From: a virus
Taxonomy: Duplodnaviria; Caudoviricetes
DNA length: 62,709 nt
IMG/VR virus record: IMGVR_UViG_3300007539_000019
Coordinates: 1-62,709 of that record
Direction: 5' to 3' (one strand)
This document shows positions 25,922 through 35,649 of this stretch, piece by piece. The notes beneath the pieces are model-generated. The model was not told the DNA's origin. It made no database searches and was given only the letters and a program-made list of their open reading frames with translations. Both the position numbers and the translations under genes were made by a program. Each line of letters begins with the position of its first letter. The first letter of the stretch is position 1.

Positions 25922-26437
25922 TTACACTTTTTTCTGCCAAATGGCTTTTCTTTTTAATTTTTTAATGTCTGAAGTTCTAATTAATGCTATTTCTTCTTTA
26001 TCTCTTCTTTGATATATTCTATATTTAGCCTCTGAGCAACTTTTTACAAATTCTTTATCTCTATTTATAAGTTTTTCGCAGATATTCTTTAATGATACCC
26101 TATCTACGACAATAAAGCAATCAAGTTTTTCAAAAGCTATATAATCAGATTCTCCATAAAGCCAACCATCAAATCCATTTCCATTCTTGAATTCAATCCA
26201 AGTCCAATCATCATCATAATTTTTATCATATGCGCAGATTTTTTTTCTAGCTTTTACATCCACACCTTTTGATGTAGAGTCTTTTATTAAAAAGAAATCC
26301 ACTTTTTTAATTTTATTCTCTGAAACAGTTGATGGTTTTACTTTATAACCATTTCTGTAAGCTAATGCCACAAAAATGCGTTCAGCTCTATTTCCTATAG
26401 ATGCCGCATTTCTTTTGTCGTACTCGTGTTGATACAT
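25922..26437 (-). CDS. PD-(D/E)XK-superfamily nuclease
   Basis: G..AE..F, VDF, VDVK, W.EF.N..G..GWLYG..D.IAFE. Confidence 0.7.
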   Translation of the reverse strand: MYQHEYDKRNAASIGNRAERIFVALAYRNGYKVKPSTVSENKIKKVDFFLIKDSTSKGVDVKARKKICAYDKNYDDDWTWIEFKNGNGFDGWLYGESDYIAFEKLDCFIVVDRVSLKNICEKLINRDKEFVKSCSEAKYRIYQRRDKEEIALIRTSDIKKLKRKAIWQKKV

Positions 26438-26442
26438 TTAAT

Positions 26443-27384
26443 TTACAATGATCTCGCAAGAGTTAATCCGCTAGGGGTTAACTTTCTTTTAACATCTATC
26501 TCCATTAAATTATTCATTAATAAGTATTTTTCATGGTCACACCTTAAAGAAGTTGAGCTTAATCCTGTTTTAGCCGCAAGCATAGAAAGACTGCACGCTC
26601 CATTCTCTTCTAAAACTTGTAGAATTTGCTTTTCTGTACAACTAATTCCAAAAGGAAGGATTCCTAGAGTATCACAAAATTTATGATAGTCTTTCATTGT
26701 AAAAACTTTTATACCTTCTGAAGCAACAAAAAGATTAATATCTTTAGCTCTCAATTTAGCATTTCTAGCATTACCTCTAACAACAGAAGTCATTTGAGAA
26801 AGAACTTCTTCTTCAATTTTGCACTCAACTGATAAAGATAAAATTTTCCCAAGCTCAGTTGCATTATAAGGATCAAAATCAACAGGTGTAAGTCTGTCTT
26901 TGAGTGGAGGAAATAATTTATCGCTTTCTGTAGTTGCAAAAAGAAATGTTATTCTTGAAAAGTCGAAGCTGAAAGTTGTATCTTTCCAAGCGAAATCCCT
27001 AACAGAGGAATCGCTTGTGTCAAGAACTGTCAATAAAGCCATTGTTAAGTCTTTGGGAAGTTCATGTGCTTCGTCAAACAAAACAGTTACTTCTTGATTC
27101 ATTATGTACTTAATGAAAATTTGATCAAAGAAATCATCATTGTTCTTTATGCTAGAACAATTTAATTCAAGAACGGTTCTTCTAGAGCCATCTTTATTTC
27201 TTAGGTTTCTAGCAAATGCATTAGCAAATGCGGTTTTGCCTAAACCCTTAGCCCCAAAGAAACCTAGGAATGGAGATCTTTGAGTTTTATTGAAAGCATC
27301 AAGATAGAACTTGAGCTTTTTCTTTACATTATGTTGTCCTACGAGCTTTTCAAATGGGTCTTTCATCTTATTCATCTTCCTCAA
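26443..27384 (-). CDS. ruvB: RuvB-like Holliday junction branch migration AAA+ ATPase
   Basis: F..LVGQ..VK..L, G.KGLGKT, LFDEAH.L, ATT......PL.DR, RG.AR.A, C-terminal wHTH (E.YL....L......R.LT..G). Confidence 0.85.
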   Translation of the reverse strand: MRKMNKMKDPFEKLVGQHNVKKKLKFYLDAFNKTQRSPFLGFFGAKGLGKTAFANAFARNLRNKDGSRRTVLELNCSSIKNNDDFFDQIFIKYIMNQEVTVLFDEAHELPKDLTMALLTVLDTSDSSVRDFAWKDTTFSFDFSRITFLFATTESDKLFPPLKDRLTPVDFDPYNATELGKILSLSVECKIEEEVLSQMTSVVRGNARNAKLRAKDINLFVASEGIKVFTMKDYHKFCDTLGILPFGISCTEKQILQVLEENGACSLSMLAAKTGLSSTSLRCDHEKYLLMNNLMEIDVKRKLTPSGLTLARSL

Positions 27385-27661
27385 ATTTTGTTACTTTGAA
27401 AAGAATCTTGTTTGATTCTTCTGTTTCTGCTTTAGTTTCTACTTTTACAGGTTCTATTTTTTCTAATTTAATTTCTTCAGCCGAAATAATTCCTAGATCT
27501 TCTAACCATACTCTACTAACTGTAATAGGAGTTTTTTCGCTGATATAATCTTTTAATTGAGAAAAAGATATTCTAACAAAAGAATTAGAACCTTTCTTTC
27601 TACCGCTCCCAGATTTCCTTGGAGTGCCATCTTTATTTAGTGTGACTTTATTTGCTTTCAT
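27368..27661 (-). CDS. small basic protein, possibly DNA-binding
   Basis: RK.GSGRKKGS.SFV...VSR.WL motif. Confidence 0.65.
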   Translation of the reverse strand: MKANKVTLNKDGTPRKSGSGRKKGSNSFVRISFSQLKDYISEKTPITVSRVWLEDLGIISAEEIKLEKIEPVKVETKAETEESNKILFKVTKFEEDE

Positions 27662-27668
27662 GACATAT

Positions 27669-27697
27669 ATTATGCACTAGAAGCAAGCCTATGTCAA
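27669..27697 (-). promoter_or_regulatory. sigma70-type promoter, leaderless
   Basis: TTGACA-N17-CATAAT-N7-ATG(27661). Confidence 0.75.
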
Positions 27698-27731
27698 CAT
27701 TTTTTTTAAAAAAATAAAAATTTTAAAAAAA

Positions 27732-28004
27732 TTATTCAATAAAGCTATCAGGGATGTCGTCGTGATTTGAAGCTACCTTTTGTTTCGTGTCTTGACTTTC
27801 ATAGATCAAAAGATCGGGAGCTCTGTCGCTAGATTTTAATTTATTAACAAAAATTACTAGCGGAACTTCTTGCTCCTGATCTGTTCCTTTATTTACTTTA
27901 ATATATCCAGAATAAAAAGATTGCTTTTTGCCCTCTTTTTTCCATAAAGCTCCAAGCTCTCTATTTTTCCACTCTGAATCTGTTTTATTATTTGAATCTG
28001 TCAT
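27732..28004 (-). CDS. DUF736-like small protein
   Basis: ELGALWKK....YSG.I.......F.N..K....APD..IY; acidic tail. Confidence 0.65.
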   Translation of the reverse strand: MTDSNNKTDSEWKNRELGALWKKEGKKQSFYSGYIKVNKGTDQEQEVPLVIFVNKLKSSDRAPDLLIYESQDTKQKVASNHDDIPDSFIE

Positions 28005-28062
28005 ATTTATATTATAATTAAGAATACATTATAATATATTTATGAAAGAATAGCAAGTAAAT

Positions 28063-31000
28063 TTACTGCCAAGCAGTAGGTAAATTAGAAGCAGTGCTTA
28101 CAAATGCAGCGTTATCCCAGCGAAGCGGACGACTTGTAACATAATTTGTTGCCATATGGGAAATGTCACAAGAGCTTAGTGATGAACAGCCAAAAAACAT
28201 TCCATCCATATTTCGCGCGTTTCTTACTCCACTATTAAGAAATTTAGTGGCACTAAAAGATAGCGTTGATAATGAACTACAATTGTAAAACATATTTAGA
28301 TAACTTCCGATAGAACTAGTTGTATGATTATCTATGTCTGCAAAAGTTACACTTGTTAAAGATCTACAATTAAAGAACATATAGTTTAAACTAGCAACTC
28401 TTTTAAAAGACCAATTCGTTCCAAAAGTAATATCAGTAAGTCTAGTACAATCGTAAAACATATTTTCATAACTAGTGCATCTTGTTGTATCTAAATTTGA
28501 TATGTCGCAACTTGTAAGATTTACGCATCCCCTAAACATATTTGCCATAGTTTTTACTCTTTTGGCGTTGAATGTTGAGGGGAAAGTTACACTTGTTAAA
28601 GATCTGCAATCATGAAACATTGATGTTAAATCGGTAACATAATCAATTAATGATGTGGAAATGTTTGCGGTTGTTAAATTTGTACATTCATGAAACGCAT
28701 ACGACAAATCTTTAAGTGTTGGCATTTTGTCTATGGTGAATTCAGTTAGATTCTCTTTGAAAGTCGCTGGAGGAGAAGCAAATATTGCTCCATCGCTTTC
28801 GACGTAACGATAACCATTATTTGTAACTGTAGAGCCAAATCCAATGACATCACCTGTGATCGTGACCGTTCTGTCGGCTGAATTCGAATAAGTTTTGCTA
28901 ACTACTGAGCTTCCTGTTGTTAAAGTTGAGGTGCTTGAGTCACCCCAATCTATTGTTGCGCTACCAGTAAGAGAACCCACTGTTAAAGGTATGTCTAGAA
29001 ATTTAGTTGCCTTAAATTTCAAAGTTATTGATCCGTCAATTTGAACCGCTGGACCTCTGAGAGCAGGAGGTCTTGCTGATAAAGCTAATAATCTAACGTT
29101 AACAGCAGGCGTGGCTCTACAACCTGAGTGAGTCTGAAAAGATATAGCTTTAACGCCTTTTATATCGCTACCAACTGTATTGTTTCCTCCACCCAGACTG
29201 GCTGCCCATCTAAAATATGTAATTGGACAGCAATTACAACCATCCCATCCTATAGCACCAGTTGGACTTTGTCCTATAGAATCTCCTGTATGCATTCTGC
29301 AGGTCATTGGGTAAGCTGTGTTTGCTCCATAATTACCATTTCTTCCGAAACTATGACCATTTCTTACTCTAACATTGGCAAGCCCACTTTGTGCATAAGC
29401 GATAAATTTAGATCCAGCAGGAATATCAATTTTATTATTAAAAACTATAACAAACTGGTAATAAAAGCCAATACCAGCGGCTGGTCTATAAACATAAGGT
29501 CTGTTATTAAAACGATACACATTAGAATCAAGAGTAGTGGGTCTATATCTTTCTCCAGACCAGCCATTTACTTTAAAATTATAACCTAGAGTTGAGTCAT
29601 CAAACTCTAAATAATCATTTTCATCACTATTGCACATTGGAGCTATAGTTTCTGCATCAGTATTAGAAAGACCCGCTATTCTTTTTCTGTAATTCCATAA
29701 ACCACTATTTGCAAAATCAATATTATCTGCTGTAATGACTTCATAATTGTCTCCTGTCGGGGGAGATACGGGAGCTGCTGAGCATGTACCATCCTTTGGT
29801 GTTCCTAATAACCAGTCAACTCGTACAGCAGCCAATGGAAGCATATCTTCTAATACAGTACATGATTCTCCAAATGCACTCGCATTTTTCATCATTGCAT
29901 TTGCATTATTAAACACTGGAGTTTTATTTAAATTCCATTGCCCAAATTGCCCCTCAACAAAGGATGTACACCCTTCAAACATACTCTCTGTGCTTTGAAT
30001 AGAATTGCTTTGACCAGCATGAAAGAAATTCCAAACAACTTTATTAAAGCTGGTACAACCTTTAAACATTGCTTTAGCTGTAGTACAGTTCGGGAATTGC
30101 CAATGTCCGATTTGAGTAGGATTAAAAGCAGTGCAATTTTCAAACATGCTTTCTGCACTTGTGAGACTATGACCTCTTGCATTTTGAAGCCAAGTCTGTA
30201 CATTTGGGGGATTGAATGCGGCACAACCCTTAAACATATTTTTTGCATTTGATAAATTCGATAAAACCCAAAGGGCATCACTAGTATTAAAACTAGTGCA
30301 ACCTTCAAACATGCTCTCTGCATTTGCGAGTTCAGGAATCAGACTTCCTCCATTTATAGTAGCTTCACCTAGTAAATTACGAAGGCTTGAAAAATTACCA
30401 ATAGATGAACAATTCTTAAACATTCCAATTGCAGAAGATAGCTTAGGAAGAGCCCACCTATTCATTCCTGTAGTTGTGCCTGAACCTAGAGTCAAAGAAG
30501 AACAACCTTCGAACATTCCGTCGGCTGTTTGAAGTTTTGGCACTGTATTAGGGTTTGCATTAGCCTGAATAAACCAAAAAGGGCATGCATTTGCCACTAA
30601 AGATGTGCATCCCTTGAACATGTTTGTGGCATTAAGTAGGCTGGTTAATTTCCATTGACTGGCATTTATGTCCAAGGATGTGCAACCTTCAAACATACTT
30701 TGGGCTGAAGTTACGACGGGCGTATTTAATCGAAACAGATTGCCTAACTTTGTCGTATTAAGCGCTGTGCATCCCTTAAACATCCTGTCTGCATTGGTGC
30801 AAGCATGTAATCTAAAATTTGTTTGATTGCTACCACCTTGACTGCTTGAACCCGTCCAAGAGGAGCAACCTTCAAACATTCCGCTTGTATTTTCGACAGT
30901 AGTGTTTTGCCGAAACCACTCAAATATTGAGCCATTGAATGAACTACAGCCCTTCATTGCATTTTCAGCATTCGTGACATTTGGGAACTTCCATGTCCAT

Positions 31001-32163
31001 ATTAAACCATTTGTTAAGCTACTACAATCTTCAAGTATGCCAGATATATCTGTTAATGTAGCTGATGCTGTACTGAGAAGCTTATTTATAGCGGCTGGAT
31101 TAAAGCTTGTACAGCCTTTAAACATATTGGCGGCAGTTGTTAAATCAGAAAAACTTGTTTTATTGAATTTTTCTCCAGTAAAACTAGTGCAACCCTCAAA
31201 CAAAGAACTCACATCCAGCATTGTTGAGTTAGTTCCGTCGCCAAATAGGTATTCTATTGAGGTGCCGTCAACTATTCCAGTATTTTTAAACATTCCACTA
31301 GCATTCGTGCAAGATTTCATTCTCCAGGCACTTATTTGAGTTGCCGATGCTCCTGTAAAATTAGTACAGCCTTCAAACATTCCTTTTGCTGATGTAACTA
31401 CAGGAAGAATTACATTTCTCTTGAAAAGAACTTGCATTGGAAAGTCAAAATTGCTAGTGCAATTTAAAAACATATAATTTGCATTAGTAACTCCTGTGAG
31501 ATACCAGCTTATTTTAAGACCTGCTGAATCAGCAAAAGTATATTGCGCACTTGTTAAAATATCTTTTGAATTTGCGATACCAGAAATATTAACATTATTA
31601 GTTAAAGATGTACAACCTTGGAAAGTTCTATCTACAAATGCTGTTCCAGTAGCTGCTTTTCTTATTTCTGTTGCTGGATCTGCACTTTTGATTACATTAT
31701 ATTTGTTCCAACCAGACAGCCTGTCAAGATTTGAAAAATCTTTAAAATCTCCTTGACCATGCAAGAAAAATTCTCGATTACTTGAAATAACAATTTCTTT
31801 GATATTTGCAGGTGTAGAGTTAGGCGCTCTGCCAGAAAAAGGTTTTGCATCTCCATTCGAATCATGCTTGGATGTTTGAGCGAAACAAAATTGGTCATTA
31901 GATGAGCCATTATTTCCAAAGCCTCCTTGTATTAAAATATCACGTTGACCCGCAGTAGAGTATTGATTGTAGAGAGTTAATGCCCCTGACGAAGAGTTTA
32001 CTCTTATATTTGGATGTGAGGTATCTTTTATAACTACAGGTAAAACACTAGGATCATTTACGTCAAAATTAACCTTAAACCAAAAATTAGTTTCATTTAA
32101 GAATGAAGGTGGGCCTATGGGAATTCCTATCTCTGTACAATTTGCTACGGTTTTTATTCTCAT
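28063..32163 (-). CDS. BspA-family/DUF285-like leucine-rich-repeat surface or virion protein (1366 aa)
   Basis: more than 20 repeats of (A/M)..MF.GC.S(L/F); two repeat blocks separated by a non-repeat domain and an IDWGD motif. Confidence 0.8.
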   Translation of the reverse strand: MRIKTVANCTEIGIPIGPPSFLNETNFWFKVNFDVNDPSVLPVVIKDTSHPNIRVNSSSGALTLYNQYSTAGQRDILIQGGFGNNGSSNDQFCFAQTSKHDSNGDAKPFSGRAPNSTPANIKEIVISSNREFFLHGQGDFKDFSNLDRLSGWNKYNVIKSADPATEIRKAATGTAFVDRTFQGCTSLTNNVNISGIANSKDILTSAQYTFADSAGLKISWYLTGVTNANYMFLNCTSNFDFPMQVLFKRNVILPVVTSAKGMFEGCTNFTGASATQISAWRMKSCTNASGMFKNTGIVDGTSIEYLFGDGTNSTMLDVSSLFEGCTSFTGEKFNKTSFSDLTTAANMFKGCTSFNPAAINKLLSTASATLTDISGILEDCSSLTNGLIWTWKFPNVTNAENAMKGCSSFNGSIFEWFRQNTTVENTSGMFEGCSSWTGSSSQGGSNQTNFRLHACTNADRMFKGCTALNTTKLGNLFRLNTPVVTSAQSMFEGCTSLDINASQWKLTSLLNATNMFKGCTSLVANACPFWFIQANANPNTVPKLQTADGMFEGCSSLTLGSGTTTGMNRWALPKLSSAIGMFKNCSSIGNFSSLRNLLGEATINGGSLIPELANAESMFEGCTSFNTSDALWVLSNLSNAKNMFKGCAAFNPPNVQTWLQNARGHSLTSAESMFENCTAFNPTQIGHWQFPNCTTAKAMFKGCTSFNKVVWNFFHAGQSNSIQSTESMFEGCTSFVEGQFGQWNLNKTPVFNNANAMMKNASAFGESCTVLEDMLPLAAVRVDWLLGTPKDGTCSAAPVSPPTGDNYEVITADNIDFANSGLWNYRKRIAGLSNTDAETIAPMCNSDENDYLEFDDSTLGYNFKVNGWSGERYRPTTLDSNVYRFNNRPYVYRPAAGIGFYYQFVIVFNNKIDIPAGSKFIAYAQSGLANVRVRNGHSFGRNGNYGANTAYPMTCRMHTGDSIGQSPTGAIGWDGCNCCPITYFRWAASLGGGNNTVGSDIKGVKAISFQTHSGCRATPAVNVRLLALSARPPALRGPAVQIDGSITLKFKATKFLDIPLTVGSLTGSATIDWGDSSTSTLTTGSSVVSKTYSNSADRTVTITGDVIGFGSTVTNNGYRYVESDGAIFASPPATFKENLTEFTIDKMPTLKDLSYAFHECTNLTTANISTSLIDYVTDLTSMFHDCRSLTSVTFPSTFNAKRVKTMANMFRGCVNLTSCDISNLDTTRCTSYENMFYDCTRLTDITFGTNWSFKRVASLNYMFFNCRSLTSVTFADIDNHTTSSIGSYLNMFYNCSSLSTLSFSATKFLNSGVRNARNMDGMFFGCSSLSSCDISHMATNYVTSRPLRWDNAAFVSTASNLPTAWQ

Positions 32164-32178
32164 AATACTATATTACAC
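32164..32178 (-). promoter_or_regulatory. GTGTA-type putative phage promoter
   Basis: GTGTAATATAGTATT-ATG(32163). Confidence 0.6.
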
Positions 32179-32191
32179 GCAAAAAGATAAA

Positions 32192-33631
32192 TTATTTTTT
32201 ACCCTCTTGATTTTGTTTCTCTAAAATTTTCTTTTGAAGGAATGGTGGTAATGTTTTTTGCTTATCGGTCAGTCCAGCCTCTGATGTTTCATTTAACATA
32301 GATGCCATTTTTTTATATTGCATTGCACAAGCTGCATGAGTTTTATTGTCATCCATATCCTTGGTGTTAACCAGATCCTTGTCATGAGAGGCACAATGTT
32401 TCATAAAAGCCGCTTTTACAATGTCTTCTTTATGAATTTCGGATTTAGCTTCGTGAGTATAACCCATTTTTTTCATTTTTATATGATCTTCGTAGCTTTT
32501 AGCCATGTATTTTTTACCACTTTTATCATACATTGCATGCGGTTTAAAATTTTTCTTTTCTTCTTCTAAACCCTTTGCTCTCTCTAGCGCTTCTTTAGTT
32601 GGTCTATCTTTATCTCCAGGTTTTGCTGGGCGATAATTTTTTCCCATTCTTCTTTTTTTATCTCTAATATTTTCCCAAAGACCTTTTTTTGCATCAGACT
32701 CTTCTTTTGGAGTCTCCTCATCACTTCCCTGTACTTTTGTGCTTGATCTCCACTGCTTGCAAGACCAATATCTAGCTTTAGTTTTTGGTCCAGGGTTTGC
32801 GCAATTATGTCTAGCTCTAAAAGATTTTCTTCTGGCTGGATCATCACGCTTAATTTCCATATTCGGGTCACCAAAATTTACTTTTACTACATTTCCCTTC
32901 TCGTTTTTTACATAAACAGAAAACTTTTTTGGTCCACCTGGAGTTCTAAAAGGCTTATTTAAAGTTTTTCCTTTTTTCTTTTCTGCCGCCCAAGATTCTT
33001 CGTCTATAATTTGCTCGAAACCTTCATCCGTCTCTGCAAAAATTTCTTCATAATCACAATCGCATTCAGAATGTATGTCATATTTCTCAATATCAAGATT
33101 TGCTCTAATTATATCTTCCATTTCTGGCTTAAAAGATCCTTCGTCTTTATATACTATACTTGATTTTGCAACATCTTGATCAGCTTTCCTGTAGGATTCT
33201 TTTACTTTTCCTCCTCTGACCATCTTTAAGAACATATTAACTCTAGCCATAGCCCATCCGCCACGGCTCATTCCTGGTCTATGTGAAGAAGAAAAAGCTC
33301 CAGCTCCTCTTCGATAGACCTTTTTTAATTGAGATAGAGTTACCTTTTTCTTTGATTTAGCATTATGATTTTTTACTTTTTCTTTGAGAGCTTTAGTTAC
33401 TTTTTCGCTAAAAGTAATTTCAGCATTTGATGTCATAGACTTCTCATCTTTTTTATCTAAATTCTTTTGTGCGGTTTCTTTTGCATCAGGCTTCGTTCCT
33501 GCACTTCCAGGCTTATTTTTTGATGAGCCTTTTTTTCTCTCCTCTGGTTTTGCTGGAGTTTGAGCAGCGCTTTTAGGCCCAGCTCTCATAGCTTTAATTT
33601 TTTCAGAAAAATCTAAGTCTTGAAAATTCAT
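32192..33631 (-). CDS. multi-module basic phage protein (likely virion-internal)
   Basis: modules LKKVYRRG.GA...HRPG....WA.ARVN.F; LNKPFR....KKF.VYV......V.FGD......RRKSFRARH.C...ARYWSC; GLWENIR.K; LPP.LQK.I, all typical of large phages. Confidence 0.7.
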   Translation of the reverse strand: MNFQDLDFSEKIKAMRAGPKSAAQTPAKPEERKKGSSKNKPGSAGTKPDAKETAQKNLDKKDEKSMTSNAEITFSEKVTKALKEKVKNHNAKSKKKVTLSQLKKVYRRGAGAFSSSHRPGMSRGGWAMARVNMFLKMVRGGKVKESYRKADQDVAKSSIVYKDEGSFKPEMEDIIRANLDIEKYDIHSECDCDYEEIFAETDEGFEQIIDEESWAAEKKKGKTLNKPFRTPGGPKKFSVYVKNEKGNVVKVNFGDPNMEIKRDDPARRKSFRARHNCANPGPKTKARYWSCKQWRSSTKVQGSDEETPKEESDAKKGLWENIRDKKRRMGKNYRPAKPGDKDRPTKEALERAKGLEEEKKNFKPHAMYDKSGKKYMAKSYEDHIKMKKMGYTHEAKSEIHKEDIVKAAFMKHCASHDKDLVNTKDMDDNKTHAACAMQYKKMASMLNETSEAGLTDKQKTLPPFLQKKILEKQNQEGKK

Positions 33632-33645
33632 GTGTAATAATTTTT

Positions 33646-33954
33646 GTGTTGATTATAATTGAAGCTGATTTGAGCGCTCCCCCAAGCGAGGTAACTCTCT
33701 TTAGAGACATTACACTATATTCCCACTGTTTTCTAAAAAAAAATGTAGTTTTAGAATGTAAGAAGGAAGAAAGAGATTTTTATTACAAATGGTTAAAGAA
33801 TAAATGCTCTTGGGATTTTGTTTATGATATGGTTAAACCATTCTCAGAAAATGGAATTTCAATCAGAAAAAAAAGGGGAATTATTAATGTAGATAGAATA
33901 CATTATTACAATTACCAAGATGTAATAAAAAGATTACAATCTATTGAGATCTAA
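33646..33954 (+). CDS. hypothetical protein
   Basis: ORF; GTG start 14 nt after GTGTA (33632). Confidence 0.65.
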   Translation: MLIIIEADLSAPPSEVTLFRDITLYSHCFLKKNVVLECKKEERDFYYKWLKNKCSWDFVYDMVKPFSENGISIRKKRGIINVDRIHYYNYQDVIKRLQSIEI

Positions 33955-34406
33955 AAACTATTTAAAAATTTTAAAAAATCCGCCGAATTATAAAAAAAAC
34001 AATAATCTTTTGAATTGAAATCATAAATTTCAAATTTATTTTCTACTCCAAACTTTTCAGCAGGAATTGTGTAAAGAAAGCGATTGATCTTTTTTTCAGA
34101 ATGTTTTGAAAAAGATTTTAATAATTTTTTATTTTTGTATAAGGGAGTGCTTTTTGAAAAATTAATTAAATATTTACTTTTAGGATAATGTTTTTTAAAT
34201 TTTTCGTGAAAATTAATAAAATCATTTAAATAATTAATTATTACAACTTCAGTGTCGCCTAAATAAAACAATAAAGGTAAGGCATCTTCCTGAGCTTTTT
34301 TTATCTTATTTAAATCCGAAGAAAATTTTCTTTTTTTAATAGTTAAATTTTTTTTCAGAAGATTTTCTAAATTTCTATCGGAATATATAAAAATCTTATT
34401 TATCAT
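33951..34406 (-). CDS. hypothetical protein
   Basis: ORF track; probable start MINKIF at 34406. Confidence 0.55.
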   Translation of the reverse strand: MINKIFIYSDRNLENLLKKNLTIKKRKFSSDLNKIKKAQEDALPLLFYLGDTEVVIINYLNDFINFHEKFKKHYPKSKYLINFSKSTPLYKNKKLLKSFSKHSEKKINRFLYTIPAEKFGVENKFEIYDFNSKDYCFFYNSADFLKFLNSF

Positions 34407-34407
34407 A

Positions 34408-35649
34408 TCACCAATAAATATACTCCCATGGAACTTTTTCATTTTTGATAAGAGTCCAGACACTATATTGTTTGTTAGGAGGTCTACTCAACATACATAC
34501 AGCACCGACCACATTCCATATAGGTGCATATTTTGCATCTTTTGGCAGAGGAGGAAAAAAATGTTCTTCCAAAGGAGTGCATCCTATGCCGACTACAAAT
34601 CCATAGTGACCAGCTTCGGGTTTCGTCCATTCTTTACTGCAAAAATTCCATACGCTCATAAAATTGCCAACTTTTTCTATATCCCTCTTTTCAATATTTA
34701 GAAGTACATATGGATCTTCTGATAGTGGATTTCCACCAAGGATGATTTTTTCTAAATAAGTATTTTGAAAATCTGGAATTTTATCTAAATATCTTATTTT
34801 ATTATATGATAAATTAATGCGCTCTATCCAGCGCATCTTCGTCAGCGGGTAGAAGTCTTCAACCAAATTATTGATTACTCTTAACTCTTTGATATTATCC
34901 AAATCAACAATCGGGTTTAAATCTTTAATGTGCGTATCGTAAAAGGTTACTTTCTTAAGATTTTCAAATTCTTGTAAGGGGGATAAGTCCTTTATCGTTT
35001 CATGATCTCTGAGAATTATATGTATGTTACGGAATTTTGGATCATGCTTCCATCTTCCTCCATTTAAATCTGCATTATGAATTGCCCTTGGGGTATTCTC
35101 TCTCTTTGCAGTAATCGATCTGTAATAGGATTTAGGGTAAGGGAGATACTTAAGTACATTATCAATCCTTGATTTCAGAACACATTCGTATTTTTCAGGG
35201 TCAGTTGTTTTCATCAAGGTTTTGACTCTACTTGTACACTTACAAATTGTACCGTCGCTATGAATATACCCCCTATCCTTTCGACTAAATTTACCTAAGC
35301 TTGTATTTGCTTTTAATTTTTTCAAATCAAACCTATCCATATGATTTGGATTAGATATATCATAACCGTAATCCCAATCAAACTGAGGTATACAGGAAGA
35401 CCTTGCTTCCAGCCAATTAACATAAACCATATCTTTTTCAGAAAGTGTGCCTCTTGGCACCTTAATTCTGTCTTTGTTTGGTTTCTCTAGAACATATTCT
35501 CTTTTTAAGATATCCACAATTTTAGCCTCAAGAGTGGAACCGCTAGTGGATGTCCATATTCTTAGGGGTTGCAAGGGCAGTTCTACCCCTTTTGAAAATA
35601 AGCTAGTACCAAAAATGCTTATAAATAATATCTTTTTTAAATTTTTCAT
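34408..35649 (-). CDS. secreted SHD1-domain + internalin-type LRR protein
   Basis: signal peptide MKNLKKILFISIFG...; SHD1 R.WT..SG..LEAK......V.L.......VP...LS..D..YV; LRR I.DL.PL..L..L.LS.N.I. Confidence 0.75.
   Translation of the reverse strand: MKNLKKILFISIFGTSLFSKGVELPLQPLRIWTSTSGSTLEAKIVDILKREYVLEKPNKDRIKVPRGTLSEKDMVYVNWLEARSSCIPQFDWDYGYDISNPNHMDRFDLKKLKANTSLGKFSRKDRGYIHSDGTICKCTSRVKTLMKTTDPEKYECVLKSRIDNVLKYLPYPKSYYRSITAKRENTPRAIHNADLNGGRWKHDPKFRNIHIILRDHETIKDLSPLQEFENLKKVTFYDTHIKDLNPIVDLDNIKELRVINNLVEDFYPLTKMRWIERINLSYNKIRYLDKIPDFQNTYLEKIILGGNPLSEDPYVLLNIEKRDIEKVGNFMSVWNFCSKEWTKPEAGHYGFVVGIGCTPLEEHFFPPLPKDAKYAPIWNVVGAVCMLSRPPNKQYSVWTLIKNEKVPWEYIYW

Noticed and set aside
28343-28610. 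Near-identical ~27-nt direct repeat as a DGR template/variable repeat pair
   Set aside because: Both copies are in frame inside LRR units, too short, and no reverse transcriptase is present
29128-31919. Plus-strand and alternate-frame ORFs within the BspA gene, and similar shadow ORFs elsewhere
   Set aside because: Fully overlap strongly supported minus-strand genes, lack motifs and arise from repeat codon structure
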